From: Octopus vulgaris
Taxonomy: Eukaryota
Reading direction: 5' to 3'
DNA: 64,000 nucleotides
NCBI GenBank assembly: GCA_951406725.2
Contig: OX597824.1
Coordinates: 25,730,001 to 25,794,000 of the forward strand
The notes under the pieces were generated by a model that worked only from the letters and a program-made list of their open reading frames with translations, searched no databases and was not told the DNA's origin. This document shows, one piece after another, positions 1 to 13,679 of this stretch (position 1 is the stretch's first letter; each line of letters opens with the position of its first letter). Position numbers and translations under genes: made by a program.

Positions 1-122
1 AATTTGCCTTTCACCTTTTCGAGATCGATAAATTTAAGTACCATTTGCGTACTAGGATCGATCTAATCGACTGGTCCCCTTCCCCCAAATTTCGGGCCTT
101 GTGTTTTGAGAAGAAAAGGATA
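1..122 (+). mobile_element. tRNA-derived SINE family B, 3' part
   Basis: Matches the body of family B (tttgcctttca...gtcgataaattaagtacc) seen in many copies in this window. Confidence 0.7.
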
Positions 123-353
123 TTTGTAAACAACGTGTTATGTCTCCGGTAATGTTATTTCATTGAAATAAATCTTATTTAGCTGTAATTTTTAGCATAC
201 CTTACAACCACCAGTGTTTAATGCGAATGCGATAAACAACACGTTACATGCGATAAACACAGGATAATTTTTAACAGAAAGATTTAGAAGAATTAAATGA
301 AAGTCTTCCCATAATTTTCTTTCATGTAAATAAATGTTTCTGTTATATATATA

Positions 354-791
<438 letters not shown>

Positions 792-997
792 TATTAGAGA
801 AACGATTGAAGAAACGATTGTAGTGGCGGTTTTTTTGACTATTTATTAAAATTTTATGTATTGATTAAGTCTTTCCTTGTTTGTTTTGCAAAATAGTGGT
901 TTTGTCTCTAATAATATTTTATAATATTTTACTATAAAATTGGATTTAATCCTAAATCTGATTTTTTTCCCTGTAAATTTGGATTTATTCCCTAATA

Positions 998-1064
<67 letters not shown>

Positions 1065-1067
<3 letters not shown>

Positions 1068-1260
1068 GGTCCCGGGTTGATTCGGGGTTAACCACAGTAA
1101 GTAAGGTACTCAATACATAGCAGAGTAAAATTAATTTATTATATAGAAGGAGCTTCTACAGGACTAGTACTGTTTCATTCAAGAGAAATCTTCAGGCTTC
1201 CTGAAGATTTCTCTTGAATGAAACAGTACTAGTCCTGTAGAAACTCCTTCTATATAATAA
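1065..1260. mobile_element. Penelope-like pseudo-LTR remnant with inverted duplication, embedded in (TA)n
   Basis: Palindrome 1136-1260, hammerhead core on both arms, AATAAA on minus strand, (TA)n on both sides. Confidence 0.6.
1196..1244 (+). ncRNA. Minimal type I hammerhead ribozyme motif
   Basis: gcttc-CTGAAGA-t ttc tctt gaa t-GAAAC ag tactagtc ct GTA-gaaac: core, stem II, stem III (acag/ctgt), GUA triplet, stem I with one mismatch. Confidence 0.65.
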
Positions 1261-1300
1261 ATATATATATATATATATAATTATTATTATTATTATTATC

Positions 1301-1621
<321 letters not shown>

Positions 1622-2589
1622 GAAGGTGGTGAGCAGGCTAAATTGTTAGTACGCTGGACGAAATGATTAGTGGTATTTCGCCTGTTGCTACGTTCCGAGT
1701 TCAAATTCCACCGGGGTTGGCTTTGCCTTTTATCCTTTCGTGGTCGATAAATTAAGTAAGAGTCAACTTCTAGGGTTGATGGGATCGACCATCTTCCTCC
1801 CCTCAAATTCCAGGCCTTGTGCCTACAGTAGAAAGGATTATTATTGTTATTTTTATCAATATCATTATAGGTATGTATGTATATACGACAGGCTTCTTGC
1901 AGTTTCCGTCAATCAAATCCATTTAAAGCTAGTAAAAGACACTGGTCCAAGATGAGATGCAGTGGGACTGAACCCGGAACCATGTGGTTCGGAAGTAAAC
2001 TTCTTACCATACAAACATGCCTGCACCTAGACTGTGATAACTAACTTGTTGGATCATCTTAATTCATCTAGAGTTTTCCAATTTACTATATTATGTACCG
2101 GACACCCTTTGCATACTTTAGATGAATTTATGAACACTATTTAGTAAGTTCTTTAGCGGGGTATTCTTTCTCGTAAATAGTTTTAAGTCAGCAATTTTAA
2201 TGAGGTAGTTTATACTTTGACCGCTGCCGCTTTTTTAACCACTGGTGTTTTTCATTCGACAGATTGGCTAATGAGGTCAGAGGTAGAAAGAAAAGAAGAA
2301 TGGTTAACATCATACGTTATCCGCAAAATACTCGTCTCCTTATGAGCGCACGTTTGGCTATGTGGTCAAGAACATCGTTTTACAATCACGTAGTTTCTGG
2401 TTCAGTGTCACTGTGCTGCACCTTAGACAAGTACCATCGAGTATAGTTCGTAGTCGACCAATCCCTTGTGAGTGAAATTGGCAGACGGACATTCAGTGGA
2501 AGCCCGTCGCAGGTGGCACGTCCCTGATATATACACGCATACAAACATGTGTGTGTGTGTTATGCATGTATGTAGACAGACAGACAGAC

Positions 2590-2680
<91 letters not shown>

Positions 2681-2704
2681 CAGATAGATAGCTAGCTAGC
2701 TAGC

Positions 2705-2810
<106 letters not shown>

Positions 2811-3060
2811 TGTTTCTTTATTAGCCACACAGGGCTGAACACAGACGGGACAAATTACAAGATAGAACATTTCTTTTGGGGGAAAAAAAGTGGGGGTAGG
2901 TTTTCGATCAAAAGGGATGGTGAAAAGGAAAGAAAATAAACTATCAATAGGGATCGTGTATCACAGAAATGTCATGATATAAGGTGTAAAGGGGGAAACA
3001 GATAAGGTTTATCCGTGGAAGGAAAAGCCTACGGAAAAGACCACGGTAACCTCGGTCAAT
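2811..3060 (-). mobile_element. 3' end of a LINE-like element inserted in (GATA)n
   Basis: Minus strand ends gtcccgtctgtgttcagccctgtgtggctaataaagaaac, similar to the family B SINE tail; (GATA)n on both sides. Confidence 0.45.
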
Positions 3061-3061
3061 A

Positions 3062-3116
<55 letters not shown>

Positions 3117-3117
3117 T

Positions 3118-3520
3118 CAGGCACGTGCCGTGAGTAATTACTCAGGGTAGGCAGTCGGTGACGTTTATGTAGTAAAACACACAAAAATTAGCGACACAGG
3201 CGCGTGACTGAGTTGGAGGCAGATTTACTTCTGCCTTTATAACACATAAAGAAAACGTTGTTGAAGGAATGTACGCAGCATGTGTGCAACAGCAGTACTA
3301 TTCGTAGTTTAATACTGAGATTGAAATGCAGAGGCGAATTATACCTACCTAATCTACAAAAGAATAAAATATTTTGCATTTTATGCATAATAATCAGAGT
3401 AACCTTCATAATTTTATTGACTAAGTTACATATTTTGTCATGAAAGGAAAATGTTACTATCGATCTATTTCATTCGGGGTAGGCACTGCCTACCTTGCTT
3501 GTCCAGGTGGCACGTCCCTG
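3118..3520. mobile_element. MITE with CAGG-initiated TIRs
   Basis: caggcacgtgcc ... ggcacgtccctg inverted termini; no clear TSD. Confidence 0.55.
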
Positions 3521-3603
3521 ATATATACAGGCATACAAACATGTGTGTGTGTGTGTGTGTTATGCATGTATGTAGACAGACAGACAGACAGATAGATAGA
3601 TAT

Positions 3604-3713
<110 letters not shown>

Positions 3714-5139
3714 GGATGGATGGATGGATGGATGGATGGATGGATGGATGGATGGATGGATGGATAGAAAGATAGATGTGTTTGCGTGTTCATGTCTGCG
3801 TTTTTCCCCAACTCAGCACTTGACAATTTTAACCATGGGTAATTGACACACATCGAGAAGTATTTTCAAAGCTTCCACTTCTCATGAACATTCTAAGACT
3901 CCCTAATGGGGGCCTTAACTCCCAAATTTTAGTAATTTTTTATGATACCAAACTAGGTCAAAAGTACTGAATGGATCTTTATGAAATTTGGAAATTATAT
4001 TCTATGCATAAGGGCCATAACCCCCATGAAAATTCATATATTTTGGGTGTTGATGAAATTTTAACCATAGATATTAGACACAAATGAAGTAATATTTCTA
4101 AAATTTCATCTTCTTAGAAGTTACAAAGACCCCTCCAAATGACAATTTTGTCATTTTATCTAAGCAAAGACGAATACAGTTGTACAATTGGAAGCTGTAG
4201 GGTCACCCAAGCATAAAAGATGAGCAGTATTTGTAATTCAATGGTACAACAATGTAAGAGTGTGCTTTGAGATATACTTAGATTGTGATTTCTACAATGT
4301 GATGCATTAAGTGTCAAGTAAATGAGAGGTATCTTTGCTTCCACTGATTCATTTTCAAAGTGTTCAATTAAGTTATTTGGTTGCAGACCTCCTTTGAGTC
4401 TTTTGATTATCACTGGGTCACACATAGTCCCCAGATGGTAACATTGATTTCAAGGCCTTCCCAGATGAGTGACTGGTTATTCAAAGACATTTATAGATTG
4501 TAAATTTATTCTGTTCAGTTACCTATCTGTGTAGTGGTCATTTGCAAACTCCAGAGGTGACACTTTCTTTTCTCCTTAGCCCTCATGTCACACAGTTGTT
4601 AATGTTTAGTTGAGTTGAGTCACGCCCTTCCAATTGCTATAGATTCGTAATGCCTCTTACGGCTGTGCCTGTCACCTGGATGGTGAGGAATCCTACATTG
4701 GGAGTGGTAACGACTAGGGTAGGGTAGCTGACTGCTTATTGTGATGATTCGTCGTTTGGTTTCCTGTAGCTTTGCTCTCTTTTACAAACTCAGTGAACAC
4801 ACATATATTTCCTATTTCAAAGAAATTCAAACAATAGATATAAGAACCAAGTTAAAAAGATTCTCAACAATTCAACTTCTTTGGTTGACATTAAGACACC
4901 CACCCCCAGTAGAGGCCTTAACTCTCACATTTTAGAGCTCAATGACCTCCATTTTTGAGGATCAAAATCATTTTAACAGGTTCCATAAGACTGGAATTTT
5001 GGAATCTGCGCATAAAGATCAGTAGTATGGGATACATGTGTCATGATTAGAAATTTTTTTCGGATGTGTAAAGATGAAATTCGAATCATAAGTATTCCAG
5101 TTCAATAGAGAAAATATAACAGAAAGGTCTAATTCTTCA

Positions 5140-5178
5140 AGTGCATGTAACACGGGCGACGCCGGGTATCTCTGCTAG
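5140..5178 (+). mobile_element. Helitron-like 3' terminus
   Basis: acacgggcgacgccgggt imperfect hairpin followed by CTAG|T; 5' end not located. Confidence 0.5.
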
Positions 5179-5419
5179 TTTCTTCTAAATCTTTTCAATT
5201 ATTTGTTTGTCGTACACTATCTTGTTCATCGGTTCCTAAGTACTAGTATGACCGTATCTACTAAAATTCTCTTATCTCAACTTCTTTAGCTAAAACTGTA
5301 TTAGAATTTGTTATATTTCGGAATGGTCATTTTGCCAGTTTAGCCAATAAAAACACACGCACTATATATTTGGTGTTATTTTGCTTCAGTGATATTTATT
5401 TTTTACTTAATCTTATTTC

Positions 5420-5464
5420 GGCCAGAGTTCTTTCGTCACACTCCTGTGACCGCATCAGTGGTCC
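5420..5464 (-). ncRNA. Variant minimal hammerhead-like motif (CUGAUGC core)
   Basis: Minus: ggacca-CTGATGC-g gtcac aggagt gtgac-GAAAG aa CTC-tggcc; 5-bp stem II, partial stem I. Confidence 0.4.
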
Positions 5465-5843
5465 TTTGTTTTCTTCTTTCTTATTTGTTTGTGTCTCTCC
5501 TTACTCACCGAAATATTTGTTTCAACACACGACTTCACATAAAAAATCTTGCACAACAAATATTTAAATGTATTAGAATTGACATTGCTAATTCCGATCC
5601 CATTTGGTAAGTGCGATCTCATTTGATAAGTTAATGTACTACTTACAGGATGTTGTTAGTTGTTTATTATCCGCAGCGTACTGATTGAGGTCGTCCATAA
5701 ATGAGAGTAGATTGGCTGTTTTATCGTAAGCAATTAAAACACTACATAAAAATATGAAGGGGTTTCTACCATCGAAAAATCTGGAACCTTGTACTTTTGA
5801 GCGAAATCATTAAACACGCTTAAACTCTATCTACACACACAGG

Positions 5844-5885
<42 letters not shown>

Positions 5886-5888
<3 letters not shown>

Positions 5889-6168
5889 TGCGGATTCCAG
5901 TTGAGCCGAACAACCTGCAAGTGCAAGTGGCTAAGCACTCCAAAGAAGCGCGTACACTTAACGTAGTTCTCAGGGGGATTCAGAGTGACACAGGATGTGA
6001 CAAGGCTGGCCTTTGAAATACAAGTACAACTCATTTTTTCCAGGTGAGTGAACCGCAGCAACGGGGGATGGGGGGAGAAGCATCTTGCTAAAGAACACCA
6101 CGCGCCGGTGGGTATCGAACTTACTTCCTTACGACTGTGAGCTGAATACCCTAACCACTTAGCCACAT
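5886..6168 (-). mobile_element. Diverged SINE with family C-type tail
   Basis: cttaacgtagttctc and gcctttgaaatac motifs shared with 29515-29899. Confidence 0.6.
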
Positions 6169-6200
6169 AGATACATTCATCCAGTACATACATACATATT

Positions 6201-6421
6201 ACTCTCTTTTACTCTTTTACTTGTTTCAGTCATTTGACTGCGGCCATGCTGGAGCACCGCCTTTAATCGAGCAACTCGACCCCGGGACTTATTCTTTATA
6301 AGCCAAGTACTTATTCTATCGGTCTCTTTTGCCGAACCGCTAAGTGACGGGGACATAAACACACCAGCATCGGTTGTCAAGCAATGCTAGGGGGACACAC
6401 ACAGACACACAAACATACAGG

Positions 6422-6489
<68 letters not shown>

Positions 6490-6577
6490 CACGACGGGCT
6501 TCTTTCAGTCTCCGTCTACCAAATCCACTCACAAGGCTTTGGTCGGCCCGAGGCTATAGTAGAAGACACTTATCCCA
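6201..6577 (-). mobile_element. SINE family A, 5'-truncated, with internal microsatellite
   Basis: Reverse complement of the family A body and tail (...gtcaaatgactgaaacaagtaaaagag). Confidence 0.85.
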
Positions 6578-6775
6578 TTCATACATGGGATATGCCTAAA
6601 TACTAGTTTTGAGAAATTAGGCTTCTCAAAACCAGAAAGGAGAAAGCTAATTCGAAGACTACAGATTCAATCCCTCACTGGAACTGTAAAATCGGTTAAA
6701 CTTTCTGTCTGTCTGCCTGTCTATCTATATGAATATATCTCTCTTTCTATATCTCTTTATTTACACCTATCTATC

Positions 6776-6870
<95 letters not shown>

Positions 6871-7369
6871 GACCCGATATTACTTTCGGTTTTAGTACAG
6901 TAAACAGCAAGTTACTGCTGATTTATAGACACGAGACAGATTGCACTCACACAATTTCACTCACAAACAAATCTATTTACTTTTGCAACGTTTTGTGTTT
7001 TTTTCTTGTCGACAAAATTACTGATAAAAATAAGTTCATAATTTACTGACAGAAGTAACTTCAAAAAATTTCACTTAAATCCGTACACTTTGTTAATTTC
7101 CCTAAAAATTTGTTATTTACTTTTGCAACGGTTTTGTGTTTTTTCTGATGTTGACGGTTTTTTTTTTTTCTGGTTCCTTCAATACCGTCTCTTTGGTTCA
7201 ATGAATGACAAATTTCGCTTCAACCTGTACAATTCTTTATTTACCGTAATCATTTCTTATTTACTTTCTGCCCGTCGTATCAAGAAATATAATTTCCGTT
7301 ACCAAGTTATTTTCATTATTTATTGTCTTCTGCCCCCGTGTTTTTCTGTATACATATATATATATATTT

Positions 7370-7574
7370 TTACTACCCACAAGGGGCTAAACACAGAGGG
7401 GACAAACAAGGACAGACAAACGGATATGGTCAATAACATCGACCCCAGTGCGTAACTGGTACTTAATTTATCGACCCCGAAAGGATGAAAGGCAAAGTCG
7501 ACCTCGGCGGAATTTGAACTCAGAACGTACCGGCAGACGAAATACGTGCTAACGTTTCTGCCAGCTCGCCGCCT
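7370..7574 (-). mobile_element. SINE family B
   Basis: Reverse complement of the family B consensus. Confidence 0.8.
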
Positions 7575-7920
7575 TTTTCTGTATACATATATAACCATGC
7601 CTAGAAGGAAAGTGTCAAATTTATCTACAATGAAAAGGTCAGCCAAAATTACTTTAATCCGAGTAATGCCGGGTATTATATAATATACTATAATATATAA
7701 CATAATATAATATATTATAATATGATATAACATAATATAATATATAAAATGATATAATGTATTATTTATACATAGGCGCAGGTGATCTTGTGTGGTAAGA
7801 AATCTGCTTCCCAACCACATGGTTCCGGGTTCAGTCTCACTGCGTATCACCTCCAGCCGACCTTGTGAGAGCAATTTGGTAGACAGAACTGAAAAAAAAA
7901 AAACTGTCGTATATGTATAC

Positions 7921-7968
<48 letters not shown>

Positions 7969-8032
7969 ATGTGTATGCACGGGTGTATGTCTTTGTGAGT
8001 GTGAATGTTTTCTGCGTGCGTTTGGATATTCC

Positions 8033-8074
<42 letters not shown>

Positions 8075-8282
8075 CATGCCTACGTGCGTGCGAGCGTGCA
8101 TGTGTGCGTGTGTGTACCTGTGTGAACAGATATAGAAACAACAAATACATTATTCAATATAAAAAAGCACAGTGTATTTATTCATTTACCCTAATCAGGA
8201 CATATGTATTGTTGGTGCACCGAGTTTTGCCTATTACGCTTATCATACAACGAACTGTGAAGCTACATATATATACATGTGT

Positions 8283-8362
<80 letters not shown>

Positions 8363-8467
8363 AAATATCATGTAATGGGTATCAATACATTAACCAATTG
8401 CACATAAATGTCTGATGAAATGGTCTGGTTATGGAATAAGATGATGGTATATATTATTGAACATATA

Positions 8468-8960
<493 letters not shown>

Positions 8961-9135
8961 AAAAGTAAATAAATAATTATTTTATGGAAACAGTCGCAAC
9001 ATAATGTGAACAATATCACTATTCGTATATATATACATTTATGCAATAATTTTGTCCATAAAATTTATAAATTATTGTTAGGTTTCATTTTGATCCGTAT
9101 TTTGCAGTACTTAATACAAGTTCGGTTCATTTCTT

Positions 9136-10407
9136 TTATTTCCGTTTGATTCCAAATAATTTTTTTACCTCGTCTACAAAATTCTGATTCCTGCAGCCGT
9201 AAATTATAGGGTTTATACTTGAGTTGACGTAAAAACTATGTCGTGCGAGCCAATAGAAAATAGCTGTGGCTACCGACATTGAGCTTTCAGATTTCAAAAC
9301 TGCGTTCACCATCATCGCGGCCACACTAGGTATGTAGGTGACTATAAAGATGAATGTGATCATCATCATTGTTACAGTGGTTCGTTGAACTCGGGTAGCT
9401 TGTTCTCTTGCACGTCTAACACTATTTGACTCCCTTGGTAAAGTTTTATTTGATTGCTTTTTTTGTATTGGGTTTTTCTCTACTGGTTTTATCGATTGAG
9501 CTGCAGCATTCTCGACGGAGTATACGCCAGATGACGAGGAAGTAGTGTTGGATACATTCTCTGTGGTTGATATGTTCACAAAGTCAATTTCTTGATTGGA
9601 AGTAGAACTGTCGGCAGGGTTTTCAATGTTCACTATGGCTTCACTTTTTCGCTTATCGTCTTTGGATTTAAAACTAACAGCATTAGTTACCGATGTCAAA
9701 ACTGGTTGGCTTTTCTTGATGACGCTTCGCATCCGACGTAAAACAATGGTATAAAATGTTATCAAAAGAAAAATAGTGAAAAAGGTCACAAGCAAATAGA
9801 AAGCGAAGAATCCCAGCTGGTAATAATTTGGTTTCTTTGAATTTTTGGATGAGCACGAATAGCTATAGATTCCTGGATATTTCGTCGGTTTTTTTATACT
9901 TCCGTAGTAAAGAAGAGCAACACTTCCCTGTGTTGCACAGAAAATAAAAATACAGGCTGTGATGATTTTAGCAGCTTTCATTGTTATCTGAGGCTTCAGT
10001 GGTTGGCATACTTTTCTGTATCTATCTACAGCAATAGCCACAAGAAAACCACAGTTACAAAGTCCTGTAAATACAGATAAACACATATGGTTCTTGCACA
10101 TTGCGTCCCAGGTTGTCATCATGGGGTAAACATTTTGGACAATGCGACCTGGAGTTATGATGGCACACATTATCAAATCAGCACAAGCCAGCATGACGAC
10201 AAACAAATAAGTTGGCGATAATTTCAAGCGAAATCCGTAAACGTAAACAGTTAAAGAGTTACCAATGAAACCAAAGATCATTGTTAATATAACTAGAATG
10301 GTCGATGGGATTCTTACTAAAACTTGTTGTCTGTTGAGTTCTTCAATAGTGATGTTTTGAATTATATTCATGGTGCCGTTCTGTACCGAATCTGTAGATG
10401 ACTCCAT
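9136..10407 (-). CDS. Class A (rhodopsin-like) GPCR, peptide-receptor-like orphan, 423 aa, coding region uninterrupted
   Basis: Seven hydrophobic segments; N-terminal NxT sites; TM1 GN, TM2 LACAD, TM3 AVDRY, ECL2 Cys, long S/T-rich ICL3, TM6 FIVTYIP, TM7 NSSINPIIY. Confidence 0.93.
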   Translation of the reverse strand: MESSTDSVQNGTMNIIQNITIEELNRQQVLVRIPSTILVILTMIFGFIGNSLTVYVYGFRLKLSPTYLFVVMLACADLIMCAIITPGRIVQNVYPMMTTWDAMCKNHMCLSVFTGLCNCGFLVAIAVDRYRKVCQPLKPQITMKAAKIITACIFIFCATQGSVALLYYGSIKKPTKYPGIYSYSCSSKNSKKPNYYQLGFFAFYLLVTFFTIFLLITFYTIVLRRMRSVIKKSQPVLTSVTNAVSFKSKDDKRKSEAIVNIENPADSSTSNQEIDFVNISTTENVSNTTSSSSGVYSVENAAAQSIKPVEKNPIQKKQSNKTLPRESNSVRRAREQATRVQRTTVTMMMITFIFIVTYIPSVAAMMVNAVLKSESSMSVATAIFYWLARHSFYVNSSINPIIYGCRNQNFVDEVKKLFGIKRK

Positions 10408-10428
10408 CTTTTAACTCCTTTACAAGAA

Positions 10429-10460
10429 CTGAAAAAAAAAAAAAAGGAAAATGAAATGAC
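10429..10460 (-). promoter_or_regulatory. 3' splice acceptor of a 5'UTR intron of the GPCR
   Basis: Minus: tcatttcattttcc-poly(T)-CAG|ttcttgtaaaggagttaaaagATG; exon starts at 10428, 21 nt before ATG. Confidence 0.75.
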
Positions 10461-10519
10461 AGGTAAAGAATGCATTGAGTTTTCCTACTTTTTTTAAAGC
10501 ATCATCATCATCATCATCA

Positions 10520-10553
<34 letters not shown>

Positions 10554-10557
10554 GAAA

Positions 10558-10703
10558 AGGCGGCGAGATGGCAGAATCGTTAGCACGCCGGGGAAAATGC
10601 TTAATAGCATTTGGTCCGTCTTTACGTTCTGAGTTCAAATTCCGCCGAGGTTGACTTTGCCTTTCATCCAAAATTTCGGGCCTTGTGCCTAGAGTAGAAA
10701 AGA
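10558..10703 (+). mobile_element. SINE family B, internally deleted
   Basis: Head and B box intact; body jumps to gggccttgtgcctagagtagaaaag. Confidence 0.75.
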
Positions 10704-10710
10704 TTTTCAC

Positions 10711-10764
<54 letters not shown>

Positions 10765-10954
10765 GGCATCCTTTTAAATTACAAGAATAACTCATTTGGC
10801 GAGCATAATTTTCATCTCCTTCCCAGTTTCCCAGTTTTGACTCACAAGACTTGAGTCGGAGCAAAGATGCAATGAAAGGTACTTGCCCCTAAGGTATCAT
10901 ATAGATTTGCGAACCTGTGATTGCAAAAAAAAAAAAAAAAAAAAATTCTTAAAA

Positions 10955-11132
10955 CAGTGACGTAGCTACATTGAGTGCATGCTGGGGCAGTTCAAGTTTT
11001 CCGCCAATCCCCGTTCCCGCGGGGCCCCGACTCTGTACAGGCTTATACAGCAAACGCAAATATAGCGCCCCCATCAAAGGATTTTCTCGGGGTTGGACTG
11101 CCACATTCGTTCCCCTGCTAGTTACACCACTG
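10955..11132. mobile_element. hAT-like MITE
   Basis: TIRs cagtgacgtagcta / tagttacaccactg; 8-bp TSD tcttaaaa/tcttaaac. Confidence 0.7.
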
Positions 11133-11248
11133 TCTTAAACGTTCTGTTATACTTCTTTCGCATAATATTCGCCTACGTTTCATCCACTCGACGATTAACG
11201 TAGCAGAAAAGCACTGTTAGAGTACGACAGTGCACTAAAACAAAGTAC

Positions 11249-11354
<106 letters not shown>

Positions 11355-11838
11355 CAGGGTGGTACAAAAGTAGGCTTATAGTTGTATATTTTTATGTTTA
11401 CAGAACAGTGAAGCATAACGCGTTATTCCTACAGGAAGTGGCACCACTTTATTATGCAATTCATGTTCATAATTTCCTCAGTGACACATTCAGAGGGAAG
11501 TGGATTAGGCGACGTGGGAGTACTGAATGGCCACCCGTTCCCCCAGACCTAACGCCTATGGATTTTTTTCCTGGGGTGTTGTGAAAGAGAAGGTATTACA
11601 GAGAAAACCACACAGTCTGCCTCAGCTAAGTGAATTTATTATAGAGACCTGCCTGAAAATCAACGTTGACCTGGACCCGTGTCGTCGTGTGCGTCGCAGT
11701 GTAACTGATAGACTCCAAGAATGTGTCAAAGTTCAGGGCGGACATTTTGAGCATTTACAGGACTAACATTGTACAGTGTTTTCTAAATAAAAAAGATATA
11801 CAACTATACAACTGTGAGCCTACTTTTGCACCACCAAA
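11355..11838 (+). mobile_element. Internally deleted Tc1/mariner-superfamily transposon
   Basis: TA|cagggtggtacaaaagtaggct ... agcctacttttgcaccacc TIRs; frameshifted WPPRSPDL and WGVVKEKV...GGHFEHL transposase C-terminus. Confidence 0.8.
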
Positions 11839-11851
11839 TAATATATATATA

Positions 11852-12050
11852 TAGGGAGAGTTTGCGAAAAAAAACAAAAGACGAAGACAGGTGGTGTACA
11901 AAACAAACAGATGTATTAGTATAACGCTCAGGAATAGAAAAAGTATTTTATGTTTCGAGCCTACGCTCTTCTACAGAAAGGGACACAGAAAACAAGATGA
12001 GAAACAATGAGAGAAGAAAAATGTGTGTAGTGGCTAATGATCTATCATGG
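11852..12050 (-). mobile_element. Small Penelope-like (pLTR-type) repeat with CUGUNGA hammerhead-like motif, copy 1
   Basis: Minus: ctttCTGTAGAagagcgtaggctcGAAACATAaaat; homologous to 52640, 55316, 57785 and 63155; microsatellite flanks. Confidence 0.6.
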
Positions 12051-12054
12051 TATG

Positions 12055-12157
<103 letters not shown>

Positions 12158-12207
12158 CAAATAAGAAAATGGAGAAACAAATTTAGTTTGTTCAACTTAT
12201 TATTATT

Positions 12208-12631
12208 ATATTTTTACCGTAAATTTATAATACAAATAAGAAAATGGAGAAACAAATTTAGTTTGTTCAACTTACGGATATTATAATGTTAGATTATTTA
12301 TTCATTTTACAAATGAGAACATCAAAAGCAAACAAAATATTATATAAATCAATAGATAAGATAATAATACAAATACAGATTTTAAAAGTCATATTATAAA
12401 GTATTGAAATCTAAGAAGTAGTTTATGGATTTCAATAATTTATAATATGACTTTTAAAATCTGTATTTGTATTATTATCTTATCTATTGATTTATATAAT
12501 ATTTTGTATGCTTTTGATGTTTTCATTTGTAAAATGAATAAATAATCTAACATTCTAATATCCGTAAGTTGAACAAACTAAATTTGTTTCTCCATTTTCT
12601 TATTTGTATTATAAATTTACGGTAAAAATAT
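12208..12631. repeat. Long inverted repeat, about 204-bp arms, 16-nt spacer
   Basis: Arms 12208-12411 and 12428-12631 with a few mismatches; extra ~47-bp direct copy at 12153-12199. Confidence 0.9.
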
Positions 12632-12777
12632 TTCTTTACCTTCACCCGTTTAATACAATAAATGGATTAATTGCATTGCAATTAAAAACATTTATGTATT
12701 AAGAATGTGGGTACTTTACCAACAGTATATTGGATAATTGATATCCCATAGTGGGTTACACCCATAACCCCTATCAT

Positions 12778-12841
<64 letters not shown>

Positions 12842-12989
12842 TGTATGTATGTATGTATGTATGTATGTATATATGTGTGTGTATGTATGTATGTGTGTGT
12901 GTGTATGTATGTATATGTCTGAACTATATATATATATATATACATACATAAATATACATACATATATATATATGTACGTATATTTGTGT

Positions 12990-13202
12990 GTGTGTCTTAG
13001 TGTCGTTGTTTGTGTGTCCACCGCGCAATTGCTCGACAACCGGCGTTGATGTGCTTACGTCCCCGTATCTTAGCGGTTCGGCAAAAGAACCCGATAGAAT
13101 AAGTACGAGGCTTACAAAGAAAAAGTTCTGGGGTCGATTTCTCCGACTAGAAGACGGTGCTCCAGCATCGCCGCAATCAAAATGACTGAAGCTAGTAAAA
13201 GA
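12990..13202 (+). mobile_element. SINE family A 3' half
   Basis: cttagcggttcggcaaaag...gatagaataagtac...ggtgctccagcat. Confidence 0.75.
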
Positions 13203-13313
13203 ATAATGTGTGTGCATGTGTGTTTGTACGTGTGTGTATGTGTGTGTCTATGTACACATATACATGTGTCTATGTATGCATATATATGTGTGTGTGGGCA
13301 TATATATATATAT

Positions 13314-13355
<42 letters not shown>

Positions 13356-13585
13356 GGGGTGCCCTCGCTTCCGGTGGTTTTAATCGGATGGCCGTCGACT
13401 CTCCTGAGTTCATCCGTCCTTGATGGGTCTCGTATTTCATTGTGTAGGCTGTCCACAAAGAGTCCTACTCGCCAAGGCAGGCTTAGTTGGATCGACTGCT
13501 GCTCAATCACTGACGACCTGACCATGCTATAAGTTGCACTGGGTTATATGGTACCAGTAACGTTCAAGAAAAACCTGACACACTA

Positions 13586-13628
<43 letters not shown>

Positions 13629-13679
13629 GTAAGCACATTGATATAAAACAAGGTACAAAAAATAGTATTCGAATATCAA

